Shown: positions 8,318 through 18,348, numbered from the stretch's first letter. The stretch: 64,000 nucleotides of DNA from an uncultured Candidatus Saccharibacteria bacterium (GCA_964448095.1 CAYUUT010000004.1:14289-78288); one strand, 5' to 3'. A program made the numbers and translations. The notes: generated by a model not told the origin, from the sequence alone.

Positions 8318-8796
8318 ACGATAATTTAGAAGAAGCCATTTTGTACGCCAAAAAATATTTGGAAGACCTGCTGTCTTTCTTTGGGCTCAACACCGATATT
8401 CATGCCACCACCGAAGACGGTGAAGTCATTGAACTGGACATTCCCTCAACCCACCTCAACGGCTTTCTAATTGGTCAGCACGGAGACACGGTGCGCTCTT
8501 TTCAGTATCTTATAAGCTCTGCTCTCAAAGGCCAGAACTTCAGCCACACGCGGGTGAATGTAGACGTGGCAGAGTATAAAAAACAGCGGGCAGACCGCTT
8601 GGCCAAGCAGGCCGAGGACTGGTTTAAAGAGGTCCAAAGCAGCGGTGAGCCCAAGGAGCTGGCCCCAATGAACCCGGCCGACAGAAGGGTAGTGCACAAA
8701 GCAGCCTCCGACTTTGGCCTAGAGACCGAATCTGTGGGCGAAGGCCGGGAGCGGCATGTTGTGTTAAAACCAGCGGCTGACACCAAAGAGGAATAA
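8314..8796 (+). CDS. Jag/KhpB-type RNA-binding protein (KH + R3H domains)
   Basis: C-terminal R3H-like PMNPADRRVVHKAASDFGLETESVGEGRERHVVLKP. Position after yidC as in many bacteria. Start overlaps the yidC stop (ATGA). Confidence 0.8.
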   Translation: MNDNLEEAILYAKKYLEDLLSFFGLNTDIHATTEDGEVIELDIPSTHLNGFLIGQHGDTVRSFQYLISSALKGQNFSHTRVNVDVAEYKKQRADRLAKQAEDWFKEVQSSGEPKELAPMNPADRRVVHKAASDFGLETESVGEGRERHVVLKPAADTKEE

Positions 8797-8812
8797 ATCC
8801 TTAAGCCGATAC

Positions 8813-11419
8813 CTAGTTGTTGTTTTGGTATTGGCGCGTTAAGTAAGCACCGTAAGCCTGATCAGTGATACAGCGTTGCAGGGTCTGGCAAGAGCCGATG
8901 TCGAATTTGGTGTAAGTCGCAAAAATTAATTCTTTTTGGGTTAAATCGTCGCCAGAAACATTGGGCGGCCGCTCGTGAATTGGATAGCCTATATAAAACT
9001 CAAGGGGGACCAAAACTTTATCCTCATACTGCTGTAGCTCGTATTGCTGGTAAGCTTGAGTAGCGTAACGGCCGACAGTCATGTGGTCGCTGTGATCCGC
9101 GTACTTTTGGCCGGGGAAGCTGGACTGGGTTCTTATTTCAGCCGGCTGGTAGGCGTGCATCAGGGTCGTTAAAGCGGCAGTCAGCTGGTCTGAGCTATAA
9201 ACCGACTGGCTATCAACTGACTGGATTTGTGGTATGGCGACTGACTGGAGTTTGGCCAGGCTCTCAAAGTTTGAGGATTTAAAGCCCTGACCCTTGAGGT
9301 TACCATCGGGCAGGTGCATGAAAATTAAAGATACGTTATTGTTGCCCCGCGGGTTGGCGATGGTTATAAACTCCTGGGTGGTTAGCTTTACAACTCTCTC
9401 AACCCATATATCGCTGATTCCCAGCATCTCGGCGTAAGCTGCCTCGGAACCTTGCTCGCGGGACAACCAATAGAACTTGTCGTTGCCGGCGTCACCAGCC
9501 GTTACATAAACCGTTCTGATACAGTGCCCAGCTTTAATGTCATGCAGAGTATCGGGGTTCATAAATAGTAAGTCGTCATCTTCGTGGGCGACTATATTCA
9601 TAACAGTGGGCACAGAGCAATAGGTGTGCGGCAGCTGGTCGAGTGTGATCGGCAAGACCGTGCTTAACGGAGCGGAGGCGGTAACCGGCGAGCTTTTATG
9701 AATGCCGTGGGCGTAGAACAAAAGCAGTTCTTTGGGTTTGGTCAGGCTGCCAGCAATCAAGGTGCTGGCGTTTGGCCGCCCATAGCTATTAATAATCTGA
9801 TTTAGGGTGCAGTTCGGGTAATCCGTTTGGCTACCGTCTAGAGTCAGAAGGTAGGCAAAGCCCTGTTTAGCCAGGTTCGGTTGCCAGGTGGTACTAGTCA
9901 AGCTCCCCCTTAGCTGGGTGCAGCTAGTCAGAGGGGCGACGTTAAGACCGCCGCCGCTGGTCAACTTGATAGGCAGGACGCGCCAATAATCGCCTACCAG
10001 GACGCTAACCTGGTGGTGTTTCAGGGCTTGGGATACCAGAGAGTTGCGCTCATTCGCAGGAGCTAGAGCAGCATTGTCATTATTGTAGGCTCGCACAACC
10101 GTTGGCAGAGCCAGCAATATCGCCACGACTATCACTGTGCCGACTATTGGCGCGAACTCCGGCCGCCACTGTCGCTTGGCTGAATAGCTCGCCATAGATA
10201 TAAAGAGTGCGAATAGGGCTATGGTCAGATAGCGGGCGTCGCCGGCATAGTTATGGCTGCTTATGATAAAGAGCCCTAGTCCAGCCAAGCTGGCCCAAAT
10301 CAACATGATAGATAGCCGGGAAGAGCTATCCAATTCGGTTTCGCTATTTTTGTTGTGGGCTAAACTTATGACTAATAGGCGCCAAGCAGCAAATATACCA
10401 ACAACTAAAATTACAAAATTGACCATAAAAGCTAGGCCGCTAACACCTATCAAACTATGTAGAGCGTCGTGCGGGATATCGCGTAAGACGGTTGTGCTAA
10501 AGGCCGGATTAGATCCAAAGTTAGTTAATAGTCCCAAAAGCCCGTAGATGCCGCCGAGCACAACATCATGTAGGCTGTGCACTAAACCATAGGGGCTAGC
10601 CACCGCTGAAATATGGGTGATGCCGGACCAGTTGAGCCACCATAGCACCGCTAAGCTACCAAGCCCAGCTATCAAACCGCCTACCAGCCATCGAACTGTC
10701 AGGCTGACTAAGTTCCAGCCGCTGGATAGGGCATAAACCACTAGAGCCAAAAGCGCTCCGCCGACTCCCAAGAATAGAAAGAGCCTGTCGCTAGCTACTA
10801 GCAAACCCATCAATATCACGGCTAGCCAAAAGCCCGGGCTGCGGAGTCGCGGCGAACGGGCAAACAAAAAAACGGCAGCGATAAATAGTACGTATTCCAA
10901 ATTGCGTGCGGCGATCATGGCCATGTTTACTGGCAATAGCGCGCCGGCGTGGGGCTGGGTTGGCACTAGCAGCAGAACTGACGCCAAGCCTAAACATAGA
11001 GTCCCAAAAGCCAGAGGCCGTCTCTCAATCCGGTAAAGGATGAGAGCTAAGACAGCTACTGTTATAAGAACAGTCGCCACAGTAAAAGCAACGAAAGTCT
11101 CGGTCGATGGCCCAAAAACTCTTAACAGAGCGAACAAAGGCCACTTGAGTAGGAGACTATGGGGACCGGGGAATATAGCGCTACTCAAACTGGACGGCGT
11201 CTTAAATAAGTAGGCGTTAACCAGCTGGTCAGCGTTAGAGGACTGAATCCTAGCGCTTAGGATACTCCAGAAAATCGTGGTTGCTAAAAGCACGCCCAAG
11301 GAAAAGATCAAGTAGGCTTGGGCAAAGCTCGGGGCGTTCGCAATCCCCACAAACTGCTTGAATCTTTTGCCCGCAAGGTGTCTGTTAAGCCAAGAACGTA
11401 ATCCTGAATTTTTATCCAT
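8813..11419 (-). CDS. Large polytopic membrane protein fused to a C-terminal PIG-L/LmbE-family de-N-acetylase domain
   Basis: The N-terminal ~440 aa hold many predicted TM helices. The C-terminal region carries PIG-L signatures VAHEDDDLLFMNPD (AHPDD-like) and YADHSDHMTVG (HxDH-like). Co-directional with the GtrA and GT2 genes. Confidence 0.65.
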   Translation of the reverse strand: MDKNSGLRSWLNRHLAGKRFKQFVGIANAPSFAQAYLIFSLGVLLATTIFWSILSARIQSSNADQLVNAYLFKTPSSLSSAIFPGPHSLLLKWPLFALLRVFGPSTETFVAFTVATVLITVAVLALILYRIERRPLAFGTLCLGLASVLLLVPTQPHAGALLPVNMAMIAARNLEYVLFIAAVFLFARSPRLRSPGFWLAVILMGLLVASDRLFLFLGVGGALLALVVYALSSGWNLVSLTVRWLVGGLIAGLGSLAVLWWLNWSGITHISAVASPYGLVHSLHDVVLGGIYGLLGLLTNFGSNPAFSTTVLRDIPHDALHSLIGVSGLAFMVNFVILVVGIFAAWRLLVISLAHNKNSETELDSSSRLSIMLIWASLAGLGLFIISSHNYAGDARYLTIALFALFISMASYSAKRQWRPEFAPIVGTVIVVAILLALPTVVRAYNNDNAALAPANERNSLVSQALKHHQVSVLVGDYWRVLPIKLTSGGGLNVAPLTSCTQLRGSLTSTTWQPNLAKQGFAYLLTLDGSQTDYPNCTLNQIINSYGRPNASTLIAGSLTKPKELLLFYAHGIHKSSPVTASAPLSTVLPITLDQLPHTYCSVPTVMNIVAHEDDDLLFMNPDTLHDIKAGHCIRTVYVTAGDAGNDKFYWLSREQGSEAAYAEMLGISDIWVERVVKLTTQEFITIANPRGNNNVSLIFMHLPDGNLKGQGFKSSNFESLAKLQSVAIPQIQSVDSQSVYSSDQLTAALTTLMHAYQPAEIRTQSSFPGQKYADHSDHMTVGRYATQAYQQYELQQYEDKVLVPLEFYIGYPIHERPPNVSGDDLTQKELIFATYTKFDIGSCQTLQRCITDQAYGAYLTRQYQNNN

Positions 11420-11443
11420 TTTTTTGTATTTAAGGGGTCGTCA

Positions 11444-11860
11444 TCAGTATACAGGGTTGTCATCTGATTTGAAAATGCGGGTTTTGTATAGATAAAAGTT
11501 CCATATGGTGGTGATGGCCAGCGCTAAGGTTCGGGTAGCGACTGCCGGGATAGTTCCCGCCAATAATTTAGTTACCAGCAAAGTAAAGCCAAAGTTAAAG
11601 AGCACCAGTAGTGAAAAGGCCATAATTTGCGGTAAAAGTACCTTGTGATGCAGCCGTTTATCGCCAAAAGTCACCAGCTTCTGCAAACCAAAAGACACAA
11701 TCAAACCAATCCAGAAACTAAGGCCTACAGCCAGCACCGCGCTGGCTCCAAGTTGTTGGGCTACGACAATGATTACCAGCTCCAATAGATAAACACTGCC
11801 GCCGATAACCAGATATCGTCCGCCCGGCCGCTTCAAGAAACTTTTAAGCTGATCCTTCAT
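11444..11860 (-). CDS. GtrA-family small membrane protein (putative polyprenyl-P-sugar flippase component)
   Basis: 138 aa with 4 TM helices. The N-terminal RYLVIGGSVYLLELVIIVV and C-terminal WNFYLYKTRIFK patterns are typical of GtrA. Confidence 0.75.
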   Translation of the reverse strand: MKDQLKSFLKRPGGRYLVIGGSVYLLELVIIVVAQQLGASAVLAVGLSFWIGLIVSFGLQKLVTFGDKRLHHKVLLPQIMAFSLLVLFNFGFTLLVTKLLAGTIPAVATRTLALAITTIWNFYLYKTRIFKSDDNPVY

Positions 11861-12818
11861 TGAGATTTGCCGACCCTTCCTTGTCTATTATATACAGCGG
11901 TCGGTTTTGGGTCTCGGTATGGATATGCGATAAATAAAGTCCGATTATGCCTTGCGAGACCAACAATACGCCTACCAAAAACAGCAGCAGAACCACTATG
12001 TAGGCGCTACCGGTCGCATTAATATTCAAAGGGTCGCCTAGCAGAGCATCTACCACCATTACCAGGCCGATAAGGGTCGAAAGCGGCAGTATAATCACCC
12101 CCAGGTAAGCGCTGATATAAAGCGGCGATTTGCTCATCGAAACCATGCTATCGACAAAAAGTTTCATAAGCTTTTTATAGGAGTAGCCAGCGCTACTGCC
12201 CAGGCGGGGGTTGGCTTTAAACTTTATGTACTCTCGTCGATAGCCCAGCCAATCTATTAAGCCGCGAGTGATGCGGCTGCGTTCAGTCATTCGCACGAAC
12301 TCCTGTTGAACCGAGCGGTCAATTAAACGGTAATCACTGGAACCGGGAATCATCTTAATACCAATAAGTCGGTTATAGGTCTTATAGAAAATTTTCGAGC
12401 CGTAGTGTTTTACTAGACCTTCGTGCTGGTTTGACTGCCGGACGCCAATTACCACTTTGGCTCCAGCTTGCCAGCGCTCGACGAATTTCGGTATAAGTTC
12501 TGGCGGATGCTGGCCGTCGGCATCGATGGTGATTATGGCATCGCCAGCGGCGGCGTGCAGACCAGCGGTGGTGGCAATTTCTTTGCCGAAATTGCGGCTT
12601 AGGCTAAGAACACGCACCCTAGAATAATCCTTGGCAAGGACTCTAAGTTTAGCCAGAGAATCATCAGTGCTGCCATCATTAACATAGACTATTTCAAAAT
12701 TATTGATGTGGGCGGGTTTGATGGAATCCAATAGGGAAGCGTGGAAGCCAGCAATGCCGGCTCCTTCGTTATAGACCGGGACCACCACCGATAGCAAATA
12801 GTCTTGAGACTTAGTCAT
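11844..12818 (-). CDS. GT2 polyprenyl-phosphate glycosyltransferase (GtrB/ArnC/DPM1-like)
   Basis: LSVVVPVYNEGAGI...VNDGSTDDS...TIDADGQHPPE motifs plus two C-terminal TM helices, the classic architecture of lipid-phosphate sugar synthases. Confidence 0.85.
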   Translation of the reverse strand: MTKSQDYLLSVVVPVYNEGAGIAGFHASLLDSIKPAHINNFEIVYVNDGSTDDSLAKLRVLAKDYSRVRVLSLSRNFGKEIATTAGLHAAAGDAIITIDADGQHPPELIPKFVERWQAGAKVVIGVRQSNQHEGLVKHYGSKIFYKTYNRLIGIKMIPGSSDYRLIDRSVQQEFVRMTERSRITRGLIDWLGYRREYIKFKANPRLGSSAGYSYKKLMKLFVDSMVSMSKSPLYISAYLGVIILPLSTLIGLVMVVDALLGDPLNINATGSAYIVVLLLFLVGVLLVSQGIIGLYLSHIHTETQNRPLYIIDKEGSANLNEGSA

Positions 12819-12851
12819 TACCTGTGCTTAAGTATAACAAAAACAGCGGTG

Positions 12852-12878
12852 AAAAATACTTAACAAGTCAAGTATTTT
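12852..12878. repeat. Copy of the recurrent AT-rich palindrome (AAAAATACTTAAC-AA-GTCAAGTATTTT)
   Basis: Core at 12857-12874. The stop codon of the 12868..13965 minus-strand CDS (TCA at 12868-12870) lies inside the motif. Confidence 0.8.
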
Positions 12879-13965
12879 CGGACGAGGCTTTTTTGTAAAC
12901 CTCTAAAGTCTGTTCAGCCATTCGCCGCCAGGAATATTTGGCGGCTTGTTTTTTGCCGGCATTTATCAGCTTTTGCCGCAGCTTGTCGTCATCTAATAGC
13001 TGGCTTATTTTGTCAGCCATGTCAGCGATGTCTAAAGGATCAAAATAATGCGCGGCTTGGCCGTAGATTTCCGGCAAGCACGTGGCGTCGCTGCTCAGTA
13101 CCGGCGCGCTGTGTGCCATAGCCTCCAAACCGGGCAAGCCAAAGCCCTCAGACAAACTAGGAAAAACATAGGCCTGGCAGTTTTCGTACAGCCAGCGCAA
13201 CTGGGATTCGCTGACAAAACCGGCGAATATCACTCCGGCAATTTTTTTCTTAGCGACTTTACGATCCAGCCGTTGGTATAGAAGATCTTTTCGGCCGGCT
13301 AGTACCAGCTTAAGTTCCGGCTGGTCTTTCTGTATTAACTGGAAGGCTTCAACTAGCCGCCATAAATTTTTGTGCGCCTGAGCGCGGCCAACGTACATAA
13401 TAAACTTCTTGTCAGCCAGTTCTTTAATTTCTTTAGCCGGCTCAGTAATCCTATCGGCAGCCTCATGGGTAACGACAATCTTGGCCGGGTCAATCCTGAC
13501 ATATTGTGCGACATCCATTTTTACGTATTCACTTGGTGTAATGACATATGCGGACTTGTGCGCCACTCGTTTAATGACCCGTTTATAGACCATTTGCTTA
13601 AATCCGAAGACCAGTCGGTTCTTGGCCGGATTTCTAAAGCGGGCTGTGGTCAAATCGTGAATTGTCGTGATGCTCGATCCAAAATACAAAATCGGCTGCT
13701 GGGTCATGCCAAAGTGCACCAGATTATTTTTGATGCTGTAAAGCTTCCATACAAAGCTGTACTGTTCGGCAAAACTAAACTCCTGGATATCGCAGCGAAC
13801 GATCTTAAAATCAGGCGCGATGTTCTTAAAAAAATCCAGACGGTGCCGTTTAGCCAGAATTACAAATTCGTCCTTGGACTTAAGTGCGTGAAGGTTTTCT
13901 ACCAGCTTATCGATATAGCGGCCAGTGCTGGTTCCCGACTCGCGAGCATCAATAATAATCCTCAT
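12868..13965 (-). CDS. Glycosyltransferase family 4 (GT-B fold)
   Basis: C-terminal GT1/GT4 signature (VFPSLSEGFGLPGLEAMAHSAPVLSS). 365 aa. Confidence 0.85.
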   Translation of the reverse strand: MRIIIDARESGTSTGRYIDKLVENLHALKSKDEFVILAKRHRLDFFKNIAPDFKIVRCDIQEFSFAEQYSFVWKLYSIKNNLVHFGMTQQPILYFGSSITTIHDLTTARFRNPAKNRLVFGFKQMVYKRVIKRVAHKSAYVITPSEYVKMDVAQYVRIDPAKIVVTHEAADRITEPAKEIKELADKKFIMYVGRAQAHKNLWRLVEAFQLIQKDQPELKLVLAGRKDLLYQRLDRKVAKKKIAGVIFAGFVSESQLRWLYENCQAYVFPSLSEGFGLPGLEAMAHSAPVLSSDATCLPEIYGQAAHYFDPLDIADMADKISQLLDDDKLRQKLINAGKKQAAKYSWRRMAEQTLEVYKKASSENT

Positions 13966-15113
13966 TTTTTACTATCCAAAATACCTCTAAAGCTACGCAT
14001 AACTTCATCAGCTACGTCATCCCAACTAAAGTTTTTCAGTTGAGCTACAGATTTTTCTATAAGCTGAGCTTGAAGAGACTCATTAGTTATCACGTCTTTT
14101 ATGGCCGATGCTATGGAAGCCGGATCGTCCTTATTGAAGTATAGGGCTGCTCCGCCGGCTACTTCGTGGAAAACCGGGATATCACTTACCGCTACGGGGA
14201 CAGCGTAGCTCATCGCCTCAAGAATCGGCATGCCGAATCCTTCGTAATGGGAAGGCACGACAAGCAGTGAGGCATTTTGGTATAAGAATAATCTCGTCGA
14301 CTCATCGACATAACCGGTTACTACTATGTTCTCACCTGATTCCTGGAGTTGCTTAATTTCGGCCATGGGCTCTTCTGTCTCCCACCCCATCCCGCCAGCT
14401 AAGACTAAACCGTAGTCTTTTTTTAGCGATCCGGGTAATAGGGCATAAGCTCTAGCCAGACCCAGGTAATTCTTGCGTGGCTCCAAGGTGCTGATAAATA
14501 GTAGATATTTTTTGGGTAGAACCAGGTTCTTTGGTGGCGGAGTCTTTTCTTTAGCGGTCGCTTCGGGTGGTATTGGCGTTATGAGAAACTTTTTAGAATC
14601 TGTTGCGTAGTGTTTCTGGATAGATTTTTTGGTACTTTCAGAAATTGTTATCACTAAATCAGCTTTCTTTACTGATGGCGGGACAAATCTTTTCAAAAAA
14701 TTCCGGTTAGGCTTTTGTAAGTACTCTGGAAAGTCTTCAAAACAAAGGTCGTGTATTGCTATCACTTTTTTGGCGGGCTGCAATACCGGCAGGCACACGT
14801 AATTAGGGAACAACACAATATCTCCCTTTGATTTGACTAGTAAGTCAAACGGCAACTGCAAACCTACGCGTCGTAATATCGACAAGACCTTTCCGGGCAG
14901 CAGACGGGACGATTTATAGCGGATATTTGGGTGAGTTGGCAGCTGTGGGTGCTTGCGACCGAGAAAATTAAAATAGTGACCAACTAGCTTAATATCGTCA
15001 GGAAAATTTCGAGCGAGGGCGTCTATAAGCCGATAGGTATAGTAGCCAACGCCAGATTTTTGGCCATTGACCATTGGCCCAGCGTCAAATAAAACTGTAA
15101 TTGGCTTATCCAT
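13962..15113 (-). CDS. Glycosyltransferase family 4 (GT-B fold)
   Basis: VVPSHYEGFGMPILEAMSYAVPVAVSD signature. Overlaps its neighbours by 4-8 nt, which suggests an operon. Confidence 0.85.
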   Translation of the reverse strand: MDKPITVLFDAGPMVNGQKSGVGYYTYRLIDALARNFPDDIKLVGHYFNFLGRKHPQLPTHPNIRYKSSRLLPGKVLSILRRVGLQLPFDLLVKSKGDIVLFPNYVCLPVLQPAKKVIAIHDLCFEDFPEYLQKPNRNFLKRFVPPSVKKADLVITISESTKKSIQKHYATDSKKFLITPIPPEATAKEKTPPPKNLVLPKKYLLFISTLEPRKNYLGLARAYALLPGSLKKDYGLVLAGGMGWETEEPMAEIKQLQESGENIVVTGYVDESTRLFLYQNASLLVVPSHYEGFGMPILEAMSYAVPVAVSDIPVFHEVAGGAALYFNKDDPASIASAIKDVITNESLQAQLIEKSVAQLKNFSWDDVADEVMRSFRGILDSKK

Positions 15114-16263
15114 ATAGCGGTATGTACTTCTCTTTAACTATTTTTTCAAAAACATAGCCATCTTCATAGGTTTTGCGAGCCGCTTTTCCATACTGCTGAC
15201 GCAGCTTTTTGTCAGCCACTAATTTTGCCATGGCCATAGTAAGAGCATCTGTGTCACGGGGTGGGATTAATAGCCCGTTCTTGCCGTCCCTCACAATCTC
15301 CGGGTTTCCTCCAACACGGCAGGCAATAATAGGCTTCCCAAGCATGGCTGCTTCTATGAGGGAAATGCTAAAACCCTCCAGGTAGCTAGAGTGTACAAAG
15401 ATGTCGGCTTTGGCGACTTGTTCTAGGACATTTTCCGGAAAGCCTTTGAATGAGATACCATCCTGCCCACTGGCAAGTTCTTCAAATTTTTTTTGCTCCG
15501 GTCCTTCACCGAAGAGCCATAGCTCGGTCTTAGGATGTTTCAGCGCCACGGTCTTAAAGGCCTCAATCAGTTCACCAATGCCCTTGGCGGTTACCAATCG
15601 TGAAGTGGCAGCAAAAACGATTTTGTCGGTATCGTGCTCTTTGCCCAAAAGTTCCGGCCTGTCGGAAATCCCGTTATGAATGACCAAATAGCGTCTTCCC
15701 AGCCGAGTGCCGAGGGCAGCTTCAATCAGCTTCTTATCGTTTTGGCTTGTCAGGATTATAGCGCTGGCCATCCGGCTGGCCCATCTTACCAGCTTGCCTA
15801 CGGGGTTTTTATACCAAACGCTAGTATTCTGGTAAACGTATTTCAAGTCCGCATGATCCGACCACACTACTTTAGCGCCCAGTAATTTACCGGCGACGGT
15901 AGCCGCGATAAAATCATCTTTGCTCTGCGGGTGTACCACCTTGGGCCGCAACCGTAGGAACAAACTTAAATACCAGAGAATCAGTAGAAGCTGCCAAATA
16001 AAATAAATAGGGGTTAGAAGTACTCTGGGTCCGCTCCAATTCTGCCGTGACCACCACCAACCTCTTACGACTTTTATGCCCTTGGTGGAGGCATAATCCA
16101 GTAGTTTAGGCGAACGGGAAACAATAACCGGAGCATAGCCATTTTTTGATAGGATGTCTGCCAAATTCACTGGCACTCTCTCGCCGCCGCCAAAATCATA
16201 ACGGTGGGCGTTTCTAATGATAACGATTCGTTTCAGCTGCCCGTCAGTTACGCCTTTTTTCAT
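15106..16263 (-). CDS. Glycosyltransferase family 4 (GT-B fold)
   Basis: VHSSYLEGFSISLIEAAMLGKPIIACRVGGNPEIV signature. First gene of the minus-strand operon. Confidence 0.85.
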   Translation of the reverse strand: MKKGVTDGQLKRIVIIRNAHRYDFGGGERVPVNLADILSKNGYAPVIVSRSPKLLDYASTKGIKVVRGWWWSRQNWSGPRVLLTPIYFIWQLLLILWYLSLFLRLRPKVVHPQSKDDFIAATVAGKLLGAKVVWSDHADLKYVYQNTSVWYKNPVGKLVRWASRMASAIILTSQNDKKLIEAALGTRLGRRYLVIHNGISDRPELLGKEHDTDKIVFAATSRLVTAKGIGELIEAFKTVALKHPKTELWLFGEGPEQKKFEELASGQDGISFKGFPENVLEQVAKADIFVHSSYLEGFSISLIEAAMLGKPIIACRVGGNPEIVRDGKNGLLIPPRDTDALTMAMAKLVADKKLRQQYGKAARKTYEDGYVFEKIVKEKYIPLYG

Positions 16264-16280
16264 TAAACCCAGTTTAACCT

Positions 16281-16309
16281 ATACTATCTACCCTGTGAAA
16301 AGATATAAT
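16281..16309 (+). promoter_or_regulatory. Candidate promoter for the wzm operon (TATAAT at 16304-16309), implying a near-leaderless transcript
   Basis: A perfect -10 hexamer sits only 8 nt upstream of the ATG at 16318. The -35 is weak. The 54-bp divergent intergenic region (16264-16317) separates two long glycan operons. Confidence 0.3.
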
Positions 16310-16317
16310 TGTAGGGA

Positions 16318-17115
16318 ATGCGTTATTTGACTAAAGAGAACCGCGCCTTGCTGGCGGAGTTGGTGAGAACGGACTTCAAGCTAAGGTACCAGGGGTCGGT
16401 GTTAGGCTATGCCTGGTCATTGCTCAGACCCCTACTGCTATTCGTTATTCTATATGTGGTTTTCGTCAAGTTCTTAAAGCTAGGCACCGGGGTGCCGCAC
16501 TACCCGGTATACCTGTTGCTGGGCATCGTAGTCTGGAATTTTTTTAACGAAATGACCGGCCAAAGCCTGAGCTCCATCGTTAACAGGGGTGATTTAATTC
16601 GTAAAATTCGAATCCCACGCTGGATAATCGTAGTTAGCAGCAGCATCTCAGCGCTTATTAACATATTCCTTAACCTGATAGTTGTGTCGATTTTTCTTTT
16701 TGTTAACCACGTAGATCTTTTAAGGACTTCACTTTGGTTGCCGCTCATACTACTCGAAGTTTATTTATTCGCGCTTGGCATATCTTTATTTTTATCGGCG
16801 GCCTTCGTTAAATACCGGGACGTAAATTATATCTGGGAAGTAATTATACAGGCCGGCTTTTACCTAACTCCAATAATCTACCCCATATCAAAAATAACCA
16901 ACCTGACCTTGCAGAAATTCATTATGCTCAACCCGATGGCGCAGGCCATGCAAGATGCCCGCTATGCCGTAGTCACTCATCAAACCACAACAATATATCA
17001 AGTATTCAACGGTGGATGGTACAAATTTATCCCTTTTATTATTGTCATTATTGTCTTCATAGGCGGTCTCACATACTTCCGCAAGGAATCTAAATACTTC
17101 GCGGAGAATATATAG
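16318..17115 (+). CDS. wzm: ABC-2 type polysaccharide exporter permease (Wzm/TagG-like)
   Basis: 265 aa with 6 TM helices. The N-terminal ELVRTDFKLRYQGSVLGYAWSLLRPLL motif is typical of ABC-2 permeases. Adjacent to the ATPase. Confidence 0.85.
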   Translation: MRYLTKENRALLAELVRTDFKLRYQGSVLGYAWSLLRPLLLFVILYVVFVKFLKLGTGVPHYPVYLLLGIVVWNFFNEMTGQSLSSIVNRGDLIRKIRIPRWIIVVSSSISALINIFLNLIVVSIFLFVNHVDLLRTSLWLPLILLEVYLFALGISLFLSAAFVKYRDVNYIWEVIIQAGFYLTPIIYPISKITNLTLQKFIMLNPMAQAMQDARYAVVTHQTTTIYQVFNGGWYKFIPFIIVIIVFIGGLTYFRKESKYFAENI

Positions 17116-18348
17116 ATGGACGACATCGCAATTAAAGTTGATAACGTCAGCAAACTGTTTAAGTTGCCGCACGAAAAGACCACATCTCTCAAATCAGCCT
17201 TCATCCACTTCTATCGCCGGGGAAAAACTTACGAGATGCAACAAGCTCTGAAGGATGTGTCATTCGAGGTCAAGAAGGGTGAGTTCTTTGGGATTATCGG
17301 GCGTAATGGCAGTGGCAAAAGCACAATGTTGAAACTTCTTGCCGGCATATATGTGCCCACCGAGGGTAACGTACAAGTAAACGGGAAACTTACTCCGTTT
17401 ATTGAGCTTGGGGTAGGTTTTAACCCAGAGCTGACAGGGCGGGATAACGTATTTTTGAATGGCGCACTGCTTGGGTTCAACCGCAGAGAAATGCTGGAAA
17501 TGTATAACGACATAGTAGAATTTGCCGAAATAGAAAAATTTATGGACCAAAAGTTGAAGAATTATTCTTCTGGTATGCAAGTCCGCTTGGCATTCTCCAT
17601 CGCTATACGCGCCAAAAGCGACATACTACTGATTGACGAAGTGCTGGCTGTCGGCGATTCCAATTTTCAGAAGAAGTGCATAGGGGTATTCGAAGAACTG
17701 AAAAGAGCCGGTCGAACAATTATCTTCGTTTCCCATTCGATGGGTGACGTTAGGGAATTCTGTGACAGAGTAACAGTAATTGATGATGGCAAATCAGTCT
17801 TTACAGGCAACACCGAAAAAGGCGTTGATGTTTATAACAAACTCAATTTTGAAAGAGAGAGTATCAAAACAGAAGAAGAAAATAAAAAAATTAGAGTAGA
17901 TGAGCGATTGGGCAACGGCAAAGTACGGATATCAGAGTACAGACTGTTGAATAGTAAATCAAAAAAAACATCTTCAATCATGGCTGGTGAAGAATTCACA
18001 GTTAGGCTGAAGGTCACAGCTCACGAGAAAGTTAAAAACTGTGCAGTGGGCGTGATGTTCCGGAAAAATCCTCAAGAAAATTTATATGGTCTTAATAGTT
18101 ACTACTTGGGCAACCCAATCAAGGAGCTGAACCAGGGCGAGGCAGTAGAAATGACATTCAAAGATCGATTACCGCTGAACCCTGGGAAATACTACCTTTC
18201 CTTTGCCGCAGCGGGCATGAAAGGGGCGAGCTACGAAGACTTTGATAATTTGAATAACATCCTGACCATAAATGTATCCGGCTCTTCGGATTATTGGGGT
18301 ATTGTTCATTCAGAGCCAACCATTAAAGTAAGCAGAGTAAAGGGATAA
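17116..18348 (+). CDS. wzt: Polysaccharide ABC exporter ATP-binding protein with C-terminal carbohydrate-binding extension (Wzt/TagH-like)
   Basis: Walker A GRNGSGKST, signature YSSGMQVRLAF, Walker B ILLIDEVLAVGD. An extra ~160-aa beta-rich C-terminal domain (GNGKVRISEYRLLN...FTVRLKV...) sits where the Wzt_C domain is found. Confidence 0.85.
   Translation: MDDIAIKVDNVSKLFKLPHEKTTSLKSAFIHFYRRGKTYEMQQALKDVSFEVKKGEFFGIIGRNGSGKSTMLKLLAGIYVPTEGNVQVNGKLTPFIELGVGFNPELTGRDNVFLNGALLGFNRREMLEMYNDIVEFAEIEKFMDQKLKNYSSGMQVRLAFSIAIRAKSDILLIDEVLAVGDSNFQKKCIGVFEELKRAGRTIIFVSHSMGDVREFCDRVTVIDDGKSVFTGNTEKGVDVYNKLNFERESIKTEEENKKIRVDERLGNGKVRISEYRLLNSKSKKTSSIMAGEEFTVRLKVTAHEKVKNCAVGVMFRKNPQENLYGLNSYYLGNPIKELNQGEAVEMTFKDRLPLNPGKYYLSFAAAGMKGASYEDFDNLNNILTINVSGSSDYWGIVHSEPTIKVSRVKG

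Noticed and set aside
13372-14043. 223-aa plus-strand ORF antisense to two GT4 genes
   Set aside because: It is entirely antisense to two glycosyltransferase genes with clear family signatures, and its own translation has no motif.
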